From positions 1 through 38,015 of IMG/VR virus record IMGVR_UViG_3300024581_002691: 38,015 bases of DNA; one strand, given 5' to 3'. Shown here one piece after another: positions 1-8,767 of the stretch. The notes below the pieces were generated by a model. It saw only the letters and a program-made list of their open reading frames with translations. It did not search any database and was not told the DNA's origin. This stretch comes from a virus. How positions within the stretch are numbered: the first letter of the stretch is position 1; each line of letters starts with the position of its first letter. Made by a program: the position numbers and the translations under genes.

Positions 1-48
1 TGACGTTGTCGATTTTATACGCGGCGCTAGAGACGCAAAAGAGGGTAT
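1..48. repeat. 48-bp terminal direct repeat, identical to 37968..38015 (circular-assembly overlap or terminal redundancy)
   Basis: Read directly: tgacgttgtcgattttatacgcggcgctagagacgcaaaagagggtat occurs at both ends. The ORF starting at 37933 continues in frame into 2..145. Confidence 0.9.
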
Positions 49-145
49 AGGGCATATTTGTGGGGGTGATAGCTACAATAGTGGGTATGGCTATCAATAC
101 GAAGTTGAGCAAATAGAAGAAAATGGGGGCCTATTATGCCGGTAA
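2..145 (+). CDS. 3' part of a 59-aa hypothetical protein that starts at 37933 and wraps across the window ends (G/Y-rich: ...GGDSYNSGYGYQYEVEQ...)
   Basis: In-frame continuation through the 48-bp overlap. Stop TAA at 143..145 overlaps the next gene start by 10 nt. Confidence 0.5.
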   Translation, partial: DVVDFIRGARDAKEGIGHICGGDSYNSGYGYQYEVEQIEENGGLLCR

Positions 146-741
146 AAATTCAAGGTAAAGATTATTCTAAAGTTGATGAACGCATAAATGATTTTAAAAC
201 TGACAATCCAGATTATTCATTAGAATCGGAAATACTAGAAAACGGCGAAACTATATTGATGAAAGCTACGGTTAAAGACAAGGATGGCAGAGTTATGTCG
301 ACTGGGCACGCTGAAGAAGTAAGAGGTTCATCGTACATCAATAAAACATCAGCGCTAGAGAATTGCGAGACCTCGGCATGGGGCAGAGCCCTAGCTGCGA
401 TGAATTATGGCGGTGATAGCGTGGCTAGTGCTGAAGAAGTAAGTAATGCAATTATAAATCAGCGAATAAACGAAGCTGTAGAGCGCATTAAGAAACACAA
501 TCAAGCTGTGCGTGACAACATACTATCAATTGCAGAAGTTAAGAAATGCTTTGAAGATGAAAACTTTGATTCAGCAGCCGAGGCATTCTATGAGATATCT
601 GAAGAAGACAGAATGTCGTTATCATTAGCAACGACCAAGGGCGGTATATTTTCGATAGATGATTCTAAAAAATTTATGGATGATCGATGGAAAGAAGCAG
701 CTAAAAATTATCATAATAACGAAAACATGAAGAAAAATTAA
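136..741 (+). CDS. conserved phage early protein, function unknown
   Basis: 201-aa ORF in the early operon. The motif INKTSALENCETSAWGRALAAMNYGG resembles a widespread phage family that I cannot name with confidence. Confidence 0.6.
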   Translation: MPVKIQGKDYSKVDERINDFKTDNPDYSLESEILENGETILMKATVKDKDGRVMSTGHAEEVRGSSYINKTSALENCETSAWGRALAAMNYGGDSVASAEEVSNAIINQRINEAVERIKKHNQAVRDNILSIAEVKKCFEDENFDSAAEAFYEISEEDRMSLSLATTKGGIFSIDDSKKFMDDRWKEAAKNYHNNENMKKN

Positions 742-1364
742 TGATTAACATTACAGAGTATGACGAAATAATAGCGGTATCTGGATTATCTAGAGAATGG
801 GCGCAAAGGTTTATTATTAATACAGAAGAGGAAGCACTAGCAGCAGTAAAACAAAACGCAGACGCGCTTAGATACGTCAGAGAACAAACAGAAGCGATAT
901 GTTTAGCAGCAGTAGAGAAAAACGGATACGCGCTTAGATACGTCAGAGAACAAACAGAGGCGATATGTCTAGCAGCAGTAAAACAAACCGGAGACGCGCT
1001 TAGATACGTCAGAGAACAAACGGAGGAGATATGCCTAACAGCAGTAAAACAAAACGTATACGCGATTCACTACGTCAGAGAACAAACGGAGGCGATATGC
1101 CTAGCAGCAGTGAAAAAATACGGAGACAAGCTTGAATACATCAGAAAACAAACGGAGGAGATATGCCTATCAGCAGTAAAACAAAACGGATTAGCGCTTA
1201 AATACGTCAGAAAACAAACCGAAGCGATATGCTTAGCAGCAGTGAAAGAAAACGGAGAAGCTCTTAGATTCGTCATAAAACAAACAGAGGCGATATGCCT
1301 AGAAGCAGTAAAAGAAAACGGAGAAGCGCTTAGATACGTAGACTTTACTTTAAATGAGGACTAA
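741..1364 (+). CDS. DUF4116-type repeat protein (8 x 22-aa repeats)
   Basis: Repeating unit T-E-x-I-C-L-x-A-V-K-x-N-G-x-A-L-R-Y-V matches the DUF4116 signature. ATGA-type coupling to the upstream gene. Paralogue at 37515..37928. Confidence 0.75.
   Translation: MINITEYDEIIAVSGLSREWAQRFIINTEEEALAAVKQNADALRYVREQTEAICLAAVEKNGYALRYVREQTEAICLAAVKQTGDALRYVREQTEEICLTAVKQNVYAIHYVREQTEAICLAAVKKYGDKLEYIRKQTEEICLSAVKQNGLALKYVRKQTEAICLAAVKENGEALRFVIKQTEAICLEAVKENGEALRYVDFTLNED
825..1352 (+). repeat. eight tandem 66-bp coding repeats inside the DUF4116 gene
   Basis: Near-identical 66-bp units (gaagcgatatg[tc]ctagcagcagtaaaa...cgcttagatacgtcagagaacaaaca) read directly. Confidence 0.85.
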
Positions 1365-1388
1365 ACAATGGAACAGTGAGGACTAATA

Positions 1389-1676
1389 ATGGCAATACTA
1401 AAGATAGAAGTTAATTCCGATCTACATTACTTTAAAAATGGGATAAAGATTTCAGGCCCAAATCCCGACATGTGGGGCGACCACTCTAAACTAAGTGGGG
1501 ACTGCTCAGGACTAAGCGGAGAATGCTCAGGACTAAGCGGACACTGCTCTTCAAGATTGTGGGGACATTGCACAGGACTAATAGGATTAGTCACAAGGTT
1601 AGCCGGTAACCTAAACCACATTACAGAAGAAATGCGAAGAGAAAATAAAAATATTAGACACTACATCGAGGACTAA
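1389..1676 (+). CDS. hypothetical protein with Cys/Gly/Ser heptad repeats (LSGDCSG LSGECSG LSGHCSS RLWGHCTG)
   Basis: 95-aa ORF. SD GAGGA lies 8 nt upstream. 21-bp DNA repeats at about 1473..1613. The C-terminus ...IED plus stop resembles the C-termini of the DUF4116 genes. Confidence 0.55.
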   Translation: MAILKIEVNSDLHYFKNGIKISGPNPDMWGDHSKLSGDCSGLSGECSGLSGHCSSRLWGHCTGLIGLVTRLAGNLNHITEEMRRENKNIRHYIED

Positions 1677-1679
1677 ACA

Positions 1680-1892
1680 ATGGGCAACATAATTTGTGGG
1701 ACAAAAAATACTTTTAATGTACGTGATGGCATGCCGCCGGTGACTCGTGAGAGCGGCGGTTTACTAAAACAAGCATCTAAGAAAGTAAGCTTTGCTACGG
1801 TTTGTAAGATTCGCGAAGTATCACGTCTAGATAAGTCAATGTGGTATTCAAGAGGGGAGCTAGATCGAATGAAAAATTATCGTGAAGATTGA
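1680..1892 (+). CDS. hypothetical protein, last gene of the rightward operon
   Basis: 70-aa ORF preceded by the GAGGACTAAACAATG stop-SD-start cassette. Confidence 0.5.
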   Translation: MGNIICGTKNTFNVRDGMPPVTRESGGLLKQASKKVSFATVCKIREVSRLDKSMWYSRGELDRMKNYRED

Positions 1893-2035
1893 ATACAACA
1901 TCACTAAAGTTGCTAACACTAATTACTTATCATTGAATAAGTTTGTTCATAGATTAGACAGAGTACAGCGGGAGTTTAATCGTATATCAGGTGTTGATGA
2001 TGACCCAGTTCATGTTGACGAGAACTATCGTTATA

Positions 2036-2398
2036 TTAGTTTTTGTCGGTTAGATGCTTGATAGTCTCGATAAACGTTTTCGTCGTCGTCTCGTGAGATT
2101 CACGCATTGCTATGATGTTGAGCTGAGATCGATTGTTTAGTTCTAACAGCTCACTGTTTAGCTTTGATGTCTTATCTAGTTCTTCTTTTAAAGCTTCTCT
2201 GTCTTTGTGGCATAAAGTTTGATCTTGCTCTACTTCTTTAAGTTTGTTTTTTACGTCTTCATTGCTTTTTGCGTTTGTCTTAATAATATAGCCGCATAGC
2301 CAAGCAATTCCAACGAATGAAGCAACTAGAAGAGCTTCGTTAAAGCCTACTTTTTCGATGAAGCTGCCGACTGCTTCTATGTTTTTTGCGACGATCAT
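2036..2398 (-). CDS. N-terminally anchored coiled-coil membrane protein (i-spanin-like architecture, unproven)
   Basis: One TM segment (LLVASFVGIAWLCGYII) followed by a charged coiled-coil region. Last gene of the lysis cassette. Confidence 0.45.
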   Translation of the reverse strand: MIVAKNIEAVGSFIEKVGFNEALLVASFVGIAWLCGYIIKTNAKSNEDVKNKLKEVEQDQTLCHKDREALKEELDKTSKLNSELLELNNRSQLNIIAMRESHETTTKTFIETIKHLTDKN

Positions 2399-2940
2399 TG
2401 GACACCAACATGACTCCTATAGCTAGAAGCCCAGTTTGTAATAACATCAATAATACTATTTCTGTCACTGCGCATTCCTCGATCGTATATAATGTACGCA
2501 GAAACAATATAGAACACGATAGCTAATGATTTGTATATAAATAACTCCCCAAATTTGTTAGCTAAAGAATAACTCGTAATATCAAAAATATAGTTGCTTA
2601 TGTGTACTGATGCATAAGTGTACCAGAGCGCCAAGCCGATGATGTTGAGACACACGTCACACAGTAATAATTTTTGAAGATTATAAATATATCTCTCTTG
2701 ACTTCCCAAAATTAATTCCTGGGAATTATATATACATATTTCTCTACGACCAAATTTTGTTACAGCAGCCAAAATTGCTACTGATACCGCAGAACAAAAC
2801 AAAAAATATGGTGCCCCGGAAACAGGTACCAGCTCCGGGATAATTGCTGACATGCAGAACAATAACGCACAGCCACCTCGGTTAATATCGGGATAAGTGA
2901 CAGCAAACAAAAAACACAAAAATACAGCTAATTCCCACAT
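2395..2940 (-). CDS. multi-pass membrane protein, function unknown
   Basis: The ORF is open from 3066. I prefer ATG 2940 (MWELAVFLCF...) because it has an AAGGA SD and avoids overlap with the holin gene. About 5 hydrophobic segments. Confidence 0.5.
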   Translation of the reverse strand: MWELAVFLCFLFAVTYPDINRGGCALLFCMSAIIPELVPVSGAPYFLFCSAVSVAILAAVTKFGRREICIYNSQELILGSQERYIYNLQKLLLCDVCLNIIGLALWYTYASVHISNYIFDITSYSLANKFGELFIYKSLAIVFYIVSAYIIYDRGMRSDRNSIIDVITNWASSYRSHVGVQ

Positions 2941-3013
2941 TACTACTTTGTCCTTATTTCTTGATTTTTGGTTTCTTTTTAGACTTTCTTGGTTGTTTCG
3001 GTGATTTTGACAT

Positions 3014-3331
3014 TTATCTACCTTTTCCTTTGACGAGGGTGTAAATACTGGCCGCACCAGAGACACCGGCCACCAATTCAGGCGTTAGTGCGTCGATCCC
3101 GTATCGGTCAATAGTGATGTAATAAAACAGCATCTGAGCATAAGCCAACGTTTGTCGACCCATTTTATGAATGGCATCAACAATTGGTATTGTTGGCGTT
3201 TGCAATTCCTGTAAATAAAATGCTGCTTTTAATTCTGCGGCTTTATCTTTATCCGTAATCAGTTGGTCGACAATATCCAAACCTTTATTGATAACGTTAC
3301 CTCGGGTAAATAGTGATGATAATAAGCCCAT
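3014..3331 (-). CDS. putative holin (GTA_holin_3TM-like)
   Basis: 105 aa. N-terminus MGLLSSLF...DKDKAAELKAAFYLQELQ followed by hydrophobic segments, as I recall for the PF11351-type family. Sits in the lysis cassette near the endolysin. Confidence 0.55.
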   Translation of the reverse strand: MGLLSSLFTRGNVINKGLDIVDQLITDKDKAAELKAAFYLQELQTPTIPIVDAIHKMGRQTLAYAQMLFYYITIDRYGIDALTPELVAGVSGAASIYTLVKGKGR

Positions 3332-3898
3332 TTATCTATCCAATTGTCCGCGACTCTTCAGCAACTCGATCGGTTCTTTTACTTGCTCTCTTATTAGCTG
3401 ATTTATTCTATTTGCCACCATTGCCATATCATCGCTCAAATATAGCATCTCTGACTCTTCTTCGGGTATATCAATAACTTTATTAAGCTCGTTTAGAAAA
3501 ACGACTTTTAACATCCGATTATTTTTAAGCTCATTAATCAAGAAACTACAACGCTCAGATTTCATTCTAAGCTCTGCCGGGTAAAAAAGATTATGCACTT
3601 CATTGGCTCGAAGTTCGAGCAAGTGTCTATCATTGCCTTGCTGTGTAGACGCCAAATTTCTGATGGTCGATACTAAATCATCACAGCTTATATTACGTAG
3701 TTGTGCGGAACGTATTAGCTGATTTGCAGTGACTCTGACCGCTTGCCTTGCAGCAACACCAATTTGGTCCTGTGTTACATTATTTATATCTAAATCCACA
3801 TGGCGTGCAGCAACGGGCTCATCAAACATTCTTTCGTTAATTTCATTAGTTATTGATGACATTGAGGAACTTCTTGATAAGCTTTGATTATCCATCAA
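3332..3898 (-). CDS. hypothetical protein between endolysin and holin
   Basis: 188-aa ORF, coupled to the endolysin gene (4-nt overlap). No TM segment or recognisable motif. Confidence 0.5.
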   Translation of the reverse strand: MMDNQSLSRSSSMSSITNEINERMFDEPVAARHVDLDINNVTQDQIGVAARQAVRVTANQLIRSAQLRNISCDDLVSTIRNLASTQQGNDRHLLELRANEVHNLFYPAELRMKSERCSFLINELKNNRMLKVVFLNELNKVIDIPEEESEMLYLSDDMAMVANRINQLIREQVKEPIELLKSRGQLDR

Positions 3899-4452
3899 TC
3901 AATCCTTTGCTTAATCCAACCATAGACAAATTTCTCATCTTTTTCTCTTCTTTCTGCTAATTCAATATAGAAATTACACTGTAACGAGTTTAGAGCTTTA
4001 AACAGTACTTCTTCGTCTCTCAACTCTAAGTATGTACATAAGGCTAAAATAGTTTTGGGCCCTATAATTTTATCGACTTCTATGTCGCCGTAGATCGACT
4101 CTGATCGATTGAACACATTTAAGCTACGCTGTAAAAATTCAGCTGCTCTACTAACGCCGAGATTCACTCCAATATCAAAAAACTTTCCCGCAATACTTTC
4201 TGATAGTGAGCAGATCTCATCGCACTTAAGCGGGGTCCAATATCTTGAATCATAAACAGACCTGGCGAATTCTATAGGCATATCTTTCATATTCCCTTTA
4301 TACCCGCATGCTTCGGCCACAGCTTTCGTTATTCCGTGGTTAGTCTCTCCACCTGAATCAGTTGGATCATCTACGTAACCACCTTCCACAGCGATTACTT
4401 TATCAATGATCCCATCTCTAATTTCTGCTATTGTTTTTGCCATAGTTGCCAC
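3895..4452 (-). CDS. endolysin, glycoside hydrolase family 108 N-terminal domain plus PG_binding_3-like C-terminal domain
   Basis: EGGYVDDPTDSGGETNHGIT is the GH108 catalytic signature. A later IIGPKTILAL resembles the peptidoglycan-binding repeat. Confidence 0.85.
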   Translation of the reverse strand: MATMAKTIAEIRDGIIDKVIAVEGGYVDDPTDSGGETNHGITKAVAEACGYKGNMKDMPIEFARSVYDSRYWTPLKCDEICSLSESIAGKFFDIGVNLGVSRAAEFLQRSLNVFNRSESIYGDIEVDKIIGPKTILALCTYLELRDEEVLFKALNSLQCNFYIELAERREKDEKFVYGWIKQRID

Positions 4453-4901
4453 TCTACTTGCACCCCGATAGCATCATACATAATATCGTCTTGCCCAAGA
4501 TAACAGCTATGATGTGTATATCGAGTATTTACACGTATATTCTCTTTTGATGATTCCCATATGTTGAACCAGACTCCAAGGTTAGATGTCCCACGATCAT
4601 CGAAAGAATCTTTAACACATTGCGGCGATTGATCTTTTGTATAGTCCAAACCTAGGTAAATTCCGGCATCATTGAAAAAATTACTAGCATTGGCATTATT
4701 AGGCAAAAAAGAAATTGCTAATCCCAGTATTGTTGTAACAAAAATAGCCAACAATGCTGACTTTATGGAGTCTTTGTTGTTATCAACATATTGTCTAATA
4801 CTAATTTTCTTAAAACGCAATGTTATAAATGCTGTGATAATGACAACAGAGAATATTATGGACAGAAAGACAATCAGATCGTTTAACAATTCAGTCCCCA
4901 A
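4428..4901 (-). CDS. membrane or secreted protein with a beta-rich C-terminal domain (weak PagL-like HxS motif)
   Basis: TTG start, so the N-terminus is uncertain. Two hydrophobic segments; the second ends in a signal-peptidase-like ANA/S. C-terminal YTHHSCYLGQDD...IGVQVEW. Confidence 0.45.
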   Translation of the reverse strand: MGTELLNDLIVFLSIIFSVVIITAFITLRFKKISIRQYVDNNKDSIKSALLAIFVTTILGLAISFLPNNANASNFFNDAGIYLGLDYTKDQSPQCVKDSFDDRGTSNLGVWFNIWESSKENIRVNTRYTHHSCYLGQDDIMYDAIGVQVEWQLWQKQ

Positions 4902-5418
4902 GGTTGCTGTATGATTCTTGTAGTGACTCTAATACACTGGTATTGTCTTTACCCTCCACTAGCTGCTCGATGTGCTCATCTCTTAGCCGTTCTATGTCAG
5001 CAAGCATATATCTATACTCTGTTGACTTATCCACCATTTTGTCCATTTTTTCGGCCAATACAGTGTCGTCAGTAGATCCAGTTAATCGCTCTATCATTCT
5101 ACGATTGATAAACGATAAGTTCTCAACACCGCCTGCCGAGTATTCTTTAATAGCTTCACACTTTGGCGTAAACGTCTTTACTTCTTGATTAGAACGCTCA
5201 CCTTGCAATTTCATCATCGCCTTATCATATAAGGATGTTATTTCCCTGTACCAATACTGTATACCTACTGTTAGCAGATAATCTACTATTTCCGCTTCGC
5301 CATTCTCTACTTCGGCCAAAGCTTGTCTATAACGTGCACATCTATCAACCGGAGGTATAGAAACGGCACCTATTTTTAATGTACCATCTCTTAATTTTAA
5401 GTATGTTTTTTCCATCAT
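4891..5418 (-). CDS. hypothetical protein downstream of the tail fibre (possible fibre assembly or accessory protein)
   Basis: 175-aa ORF abutting the tail fibre stop. The call is based on position only. Confidence 0.45.
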   Translation of the reverse strand: MMEKTYLKLRDGTLKIGAVSIPPVDRCARYRQALAEVENGEAEIVDYLLTVGIQYWYREITSLYDKAMMKLQGERSNQEVKTFTPKCEAIKEYSAGGVENLSFINRRMIERLTGSTDDTVLAEKMDKMVDKSTEYRYMLADIERLRDEHIEQLVEGKDNTSVLESLQESYSNLGD

Positions 5419-6978
5419 CTATGGGCCACCGTATAATTCTGCATCAGCAGTGTATTGAAAACTATAATTCTGTTGGTCAGTGTGTAACGTATCTTTATCA
5501 ACCACAAAACCAGTTTCCGATATGTCTAGAGCTGTCGCTGGCTCAGGAGAGGCTGTTGTTCTATTAATGAAATTAAGTGCAATTACGGGGATGTCTCTCA
5601 TCCTGTTCTCAAAATTAACAGAATGTTGCGACGTAGTAGTGCCTGATGCCGCATACCAATGCGACCCTTCTTGGTTGTCACTAGGCAACGCGGTTGCCGG
5701 CAGGAATTCTGAATCACTTTTCCTGAAAAACTGATCGCATAGAAACTCTTCTTCCGCTAATGGTCTAGCAACAAAATCTGTAGCCTCGTTTGCACATTCT
5801 AACTTAACCTGAGATAACTTAAAAATTCCAGACTGCTGTCCGAGTGAGTTTGTTCTAGCATTAAAGTCCGATCCAGCATCAAACCAAATAACAAATTCAA
5901 AATAATCATCGCGATTAGTTCCAACGGTCTTACCTGATATGCCAGGTAAACTAACAGTAACCACTTTTTTACTCCAGGAGCTACTTGTTGTTAGCGTAGT
6001 GACACCTATCCCCGTTTCGCTCGGCGATGGCGAACCACCTGTACCGTAATATCTCACGAATTCAACGGCTATATCCTGAGACGCATCTGTCTCCACCCAA
6101 AAACTAAGCGTCCACGTCGCTGCATAACTAGCAACATTTGGCAGCCTTTGCGATTTATAAACATAATTAGACGAACCTGCGACCGAGGTTACAGTGGTTT
6201 CCGAAAAAAAATCAGGATATCCTGGAACTTCCGTCTGCCCAATATCAAAATTATTAATAGTATGTGATTTTGTAGATCCAGAGTTGGCATTAAACCAACG
6301 GTCATCCGATCCATAGCCACTGGTAGTTTGTACATCGAGACGCTTATTTACCCTAAAATCCCCATTGATAACATAGTTTTGTCTTCCTCTATTTTGTAAT
6401 TGAATTATATCTGCTGCTTGAGAAGCAATAGTGAGCGTATTGTTAAATGTATTGGTTTGTGTCTCGTCAATAGCAGCTTGGACATTATCCGCGGCTAACC
6501 CCACGGGCGGAGGTCCTAAAATCGTATTGTCATATGATGAATTAGCGGCGCCATTGAACAACGACCAGCTGCCACTAATGTCAGTGCTGGGCTTAATACC
6601 AACATTTCCGTTAATACCAGAAACCCAGTATTGGTTATCATCTCTAACAACTTCACCCTGGGAGTAGACCTGTGTAGGTATCCAATCAGCACCGAATGTA
6701 GTGCCAGTGTCTCCGCCGACAGGATCACGCTCTAATATCTGCTCTCCACTTGCAGTTTTAAGTACCGCTCTATAAGTGCCTGTACCGAAGCAATTCGGAG
6801 CTCTACCGTCGCCTTTAAGTATCAAAGGGTTTGAATTTGGTATAGTCTCTCCTGGATCGGCATACGTCGTCTTATTGACTGTATTTGATCCGCTTTCGAA
6901 AAACTCTATACTACCAAGCGCTAACGGATCTCCGGAACCATCTAAGAACTGCTCGAAAGGGTCTATCAATCTACTCAT
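5419..6978 (-). CDS. tail fibre or tailspike protein
   Basis: N-terminus FEQFLDGSGDPLALGSIEFFESGSNTVNKTTYADPGETIPNSNPLILKGDGR matches the conserved podovirus fibre/spike N-terminal adaptor motif. The rest is Gly/Ser/Thr/Asn-rich. Confidence 0.7.
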   Translation of the reverse strand: MSRLIDPFEQFLDGSGDPLALGSIEFFESGSNTVNKTTYADPGETIPNSNPLILKGDGRAPNCFGTGTYRAVLKTASGEQILERDPVGGDTGTTFGADWIPTQVYSQGEVVRDDNQYWVSGINGNVGIKPSTDISGSWSLFNGAANSSYDNTILGPPPVGLAADNVQAAIDETQTNTFNNTLTIASQAADIIQLQNRGRQNYVINGDFRVNKRLDVQTTSGYGSDDRWFNANSGSTKSHTINNFDIGQTEVPGYPDFFSETTVTSVAGSSNYVYKSQRLPNVASYAATWTLSFWVETDASQDIAVEFVRYYGTGGSPSPSETGIGVTTLTTSSSWSKKVVTVSLPGISGKTVGTNRDDYFEFVIWFDAGSDFNARTNSLGQQSGIFKLSQVKLECANEATDFVARPLAEEEFLCDQFFRKSDSEFLPATALPSDNQEGSHWYAASGTTTSQHSVNFENRMRDIPVIALNFINRTTASPEPATALDISETGFVVDKDTLHTDQQNYSFQYTADAELYGGP

Positions 6979-8767
6979 TATTTTGCTCTCTTATAGCTCC
7001 GGTTAAAGCCCCAGCCTCAGCAGCACCGATTAACATAGCTCTGCGACCATTCGCTATTTCTGCGGCTTCTCTTATGCGCTTATCCGCCGATTCTGCCAGT
7101 TTTCTCAGGTCTATATCAGGGTCGACTAGCAACCTGCTTAACTGTTCAGTGCTTCTTTTAGCTTTCGGTACGTTAGTCAAATATGCTTCAACGATCTTTT
7201 CACCGTTTTTACCAGCTCTAGCAACGGCATCAAAAAATTTCCCTCGACCTCTTGTAAGATCTTTTGCTACTCCTCTCGCCGCTTGGCCAATAACTGGCAC
7301 AGCAAGAGCGCCAGCAGTGCCGCCGATATTGGCTCCAACGAAAACCCCACCAAGAGCACCGAGAACGTTATTAGCCCTACCTTCATTGAATGCGAATCTC
7401 CCCAAAAATTTAGCGAAGTTTTGTGAGAAATTACCGGCTTCTATATCTCTAATAGCCGCTATCTCGTCTTTTGATAAATATTTGCGCGTACTTTTGTTTT
7501 TAGCTAACTTGCCTAGTTCTATTCTTAGCCTGTTTTCAAAACCGGATTGCCCTGTTTTGGCATTCTCTATTGCTCCTTGAATCATTTCTGATTTTCTGGC
7601 TCTTCCCCAAAGATTCCTTGCGGCTTTATATCGCTTACCTATGTCACTGACTTTAACATCTCCTGCGGCCTCAAAGCTATCAGCACCCGCTTTATCCAAG
7701 AAGTCATCTATCTGATCTATGATAGTAGCACCAAGCGCTTTTTCAGTTTTATCGATATCACTAGCAACGCCTTGAGCAACTTTACGTAACTCGTCTACAG
7801 TCGACAATTCTATGTTTTTGCCAACCTCTTCTTTCATATCCTCTAGAGCACCAAAAGCCTTTTTAGTCACTCGCTTACTCAGTCCTTTTTGTTTTAGTGA
7901 CTTCTCCACTTTATTAACTAATGACGTATAAGCCTCCGCTTTCATTGTTATTTTAGCGTCATCAATCTCTTTGTATATCTTACGCCCAAGATCGAGAAGT
8001 TCGTCAGAGCTGGGGGCCGCCTCTTCAAGCGTCTTTTTGACTAATCTTTTCGACGGTCCAACTTTAGATGGTGACACTTTAGGCACAGCTTTAGCGGCTC
8101 TTTTGCCTGTCCCTGCACCTATCAATTCCATAACTGCCGTTGGTATAGTAGCCGCCGCCGCCGCGATTGCAGGGCTACCGGTTACTTCTAGAGCTGTCTC
8201 ACCTAAACCACTTTCTACTGTCTCTAGTGCTTCGCCAACTGGCTGCAAAACTTCGCCAACAGCACCTAACGCTTGCTGACCAACTTGAGTTCTAGGCTGA
8301 AATGTTAACCCTTCTCGTACTTTTTCAACAACGCCGCCAGCCCTTTCAGCACCAACGAACGGTGCCGCAGCTATTCCAGATAAGCCGGCGAGTGGTTCCG
8401 CAATAGCCGAGCTAGCAATTGTAGCAGCTGGCTCTAATAGCTCTGCCGCAGGGCCACCGGTTTGTTGCTCTATTTGCTTTAACTCATCAACAATGGGTTG
8501 AATAACGCCCATATTCCCCTGCGGTTGCGCAATAGCTAGCTGTCTTCTCAGCTCTTTACGTCGTTGCAACAAATCGGGCTGCGCTTGCGGTTCCTGAGCT
8601 GCTGGCTGTTTCTGAGTCACTTGTTCCTGAGCTGCTGGCTGTTGCTCAAAAAACTGTGGATTCTGATTAACAAAACGCATGACATCTTCCTGAGTTGCGC
8701 TTTCAGGCACTTCAAACTTCGCTATGCGGCCATCGGGTAGCTGTATTTTTGCTATTTTAGCCATCAT
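6971..8767 (-). CDS. internal virion / ejection-type protein (putative)
   Basis: 598 aa, Ala/Gly/Gln-rich. N-terminal IQLPDGRIAKFEVPESATQEDV motif. Lies in the position of the P22 ejection proteins and is coupled to its neighbours. Confidence 0.5.
   Translation of the reverse strand: MMAKIAKIQLPDGRIAKFEVPESATQEDVMRFVNQNPQFFEQQPAAQEQVTQKQPAAQEPQAQPDLLQRRKELRRQLAIAQPQGNMGVIQPIVDELKQIEQQTGGPAAELLEPAATIASSAIAEPLAGLSGIAAAPFVGAERAGGVVEKVREGLTFQPRTQVGQQALGAVGEVLQPVGEALETVESGLGETALEVTGSPAIAAAAATIPTAVMELIGAGTGKRAAKAVPKVSPSKVGPSKRLVKKTLEEAAPSSDELLDLGRKIYKEIDDAKITMKAEAYTSLVNKVEKSLKQKGLSKRVTKKAFGALEDMKEEVGKNIELSTVDELRKVAQGVASDIDKTEKALGATIIDQIDDFLDKAGADSFEAAGDVKVSDIGKRYKAARNLWGRARKSEMIQGAIENAKTGQSGFENRLRIELGKLAKNKSTRKYLSKDEIAAIRDIEAGNFSQNFAKFLGRFAFNEGRANNVLGALGGVFVGANIGGTAGALAVPVIGQAARGVAKDLTRGRGKFFDAVARAGKNGEKIVEAYLTNVPKAKRSTEQLSRLLVDPDIDLRKLAESADKRIREAAEIANGRRAMLIGAAEAGALTGAIREQNNE

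Noticed and set aside
1-48. 48-bp end repeat as a biological direct terminal repeat or cos site
   Set aside because: It lies in the middle of an ORF and of an operon. P22-like terminase and portal genes imply headful packaging, so assembly overlap of a circularly permuted genome is the simpler reading. It cannot be excluded without read-terminus data.
825-1352. 66-bp tandem repeats as a possible CRISPR array, satellite or iterons
   Set aside because: The repeats are contiguous with no spacers, in frame, and encode the DUF4116 repeat unit. The antisense ORFs 1070..1276 and 1427..1621 are shadows of these repeats.
1893-2035. Bidirectional terminator expected between the convergent operon ends
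   Set aside because: Only a weak AT-rich hairpin is present (ACTTAT-cattga-ATAAGT at about 1924..1941, followed by TTGTT). It is not strong enough to annotate.
2036-2398. Embedded or downstream o-spanin (lipoprotein) partner for the TM/coiled-coil protein
   Set aside because: I translated the other two minus-strand frames and the downstream 140 bp. Only very short ORFs (MRLYY, MKT, MPQRQRSFKRRTR, MNWVIINT) without a lipobox Cys were found.
6885-7580. 231-aa plus-strand ORF (and similar ones at 7971..8279, 8870..9205, 10609..10932, 11185..11427, 11533..11955, 12020..12517, 22032..22610)
   Set aside because: These are Ser/Leu/Pro/Ala-rich shadow ORFs antisense to long, well-supported minus-strand virion genes. 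They have no SD and no coherent gene organisation.
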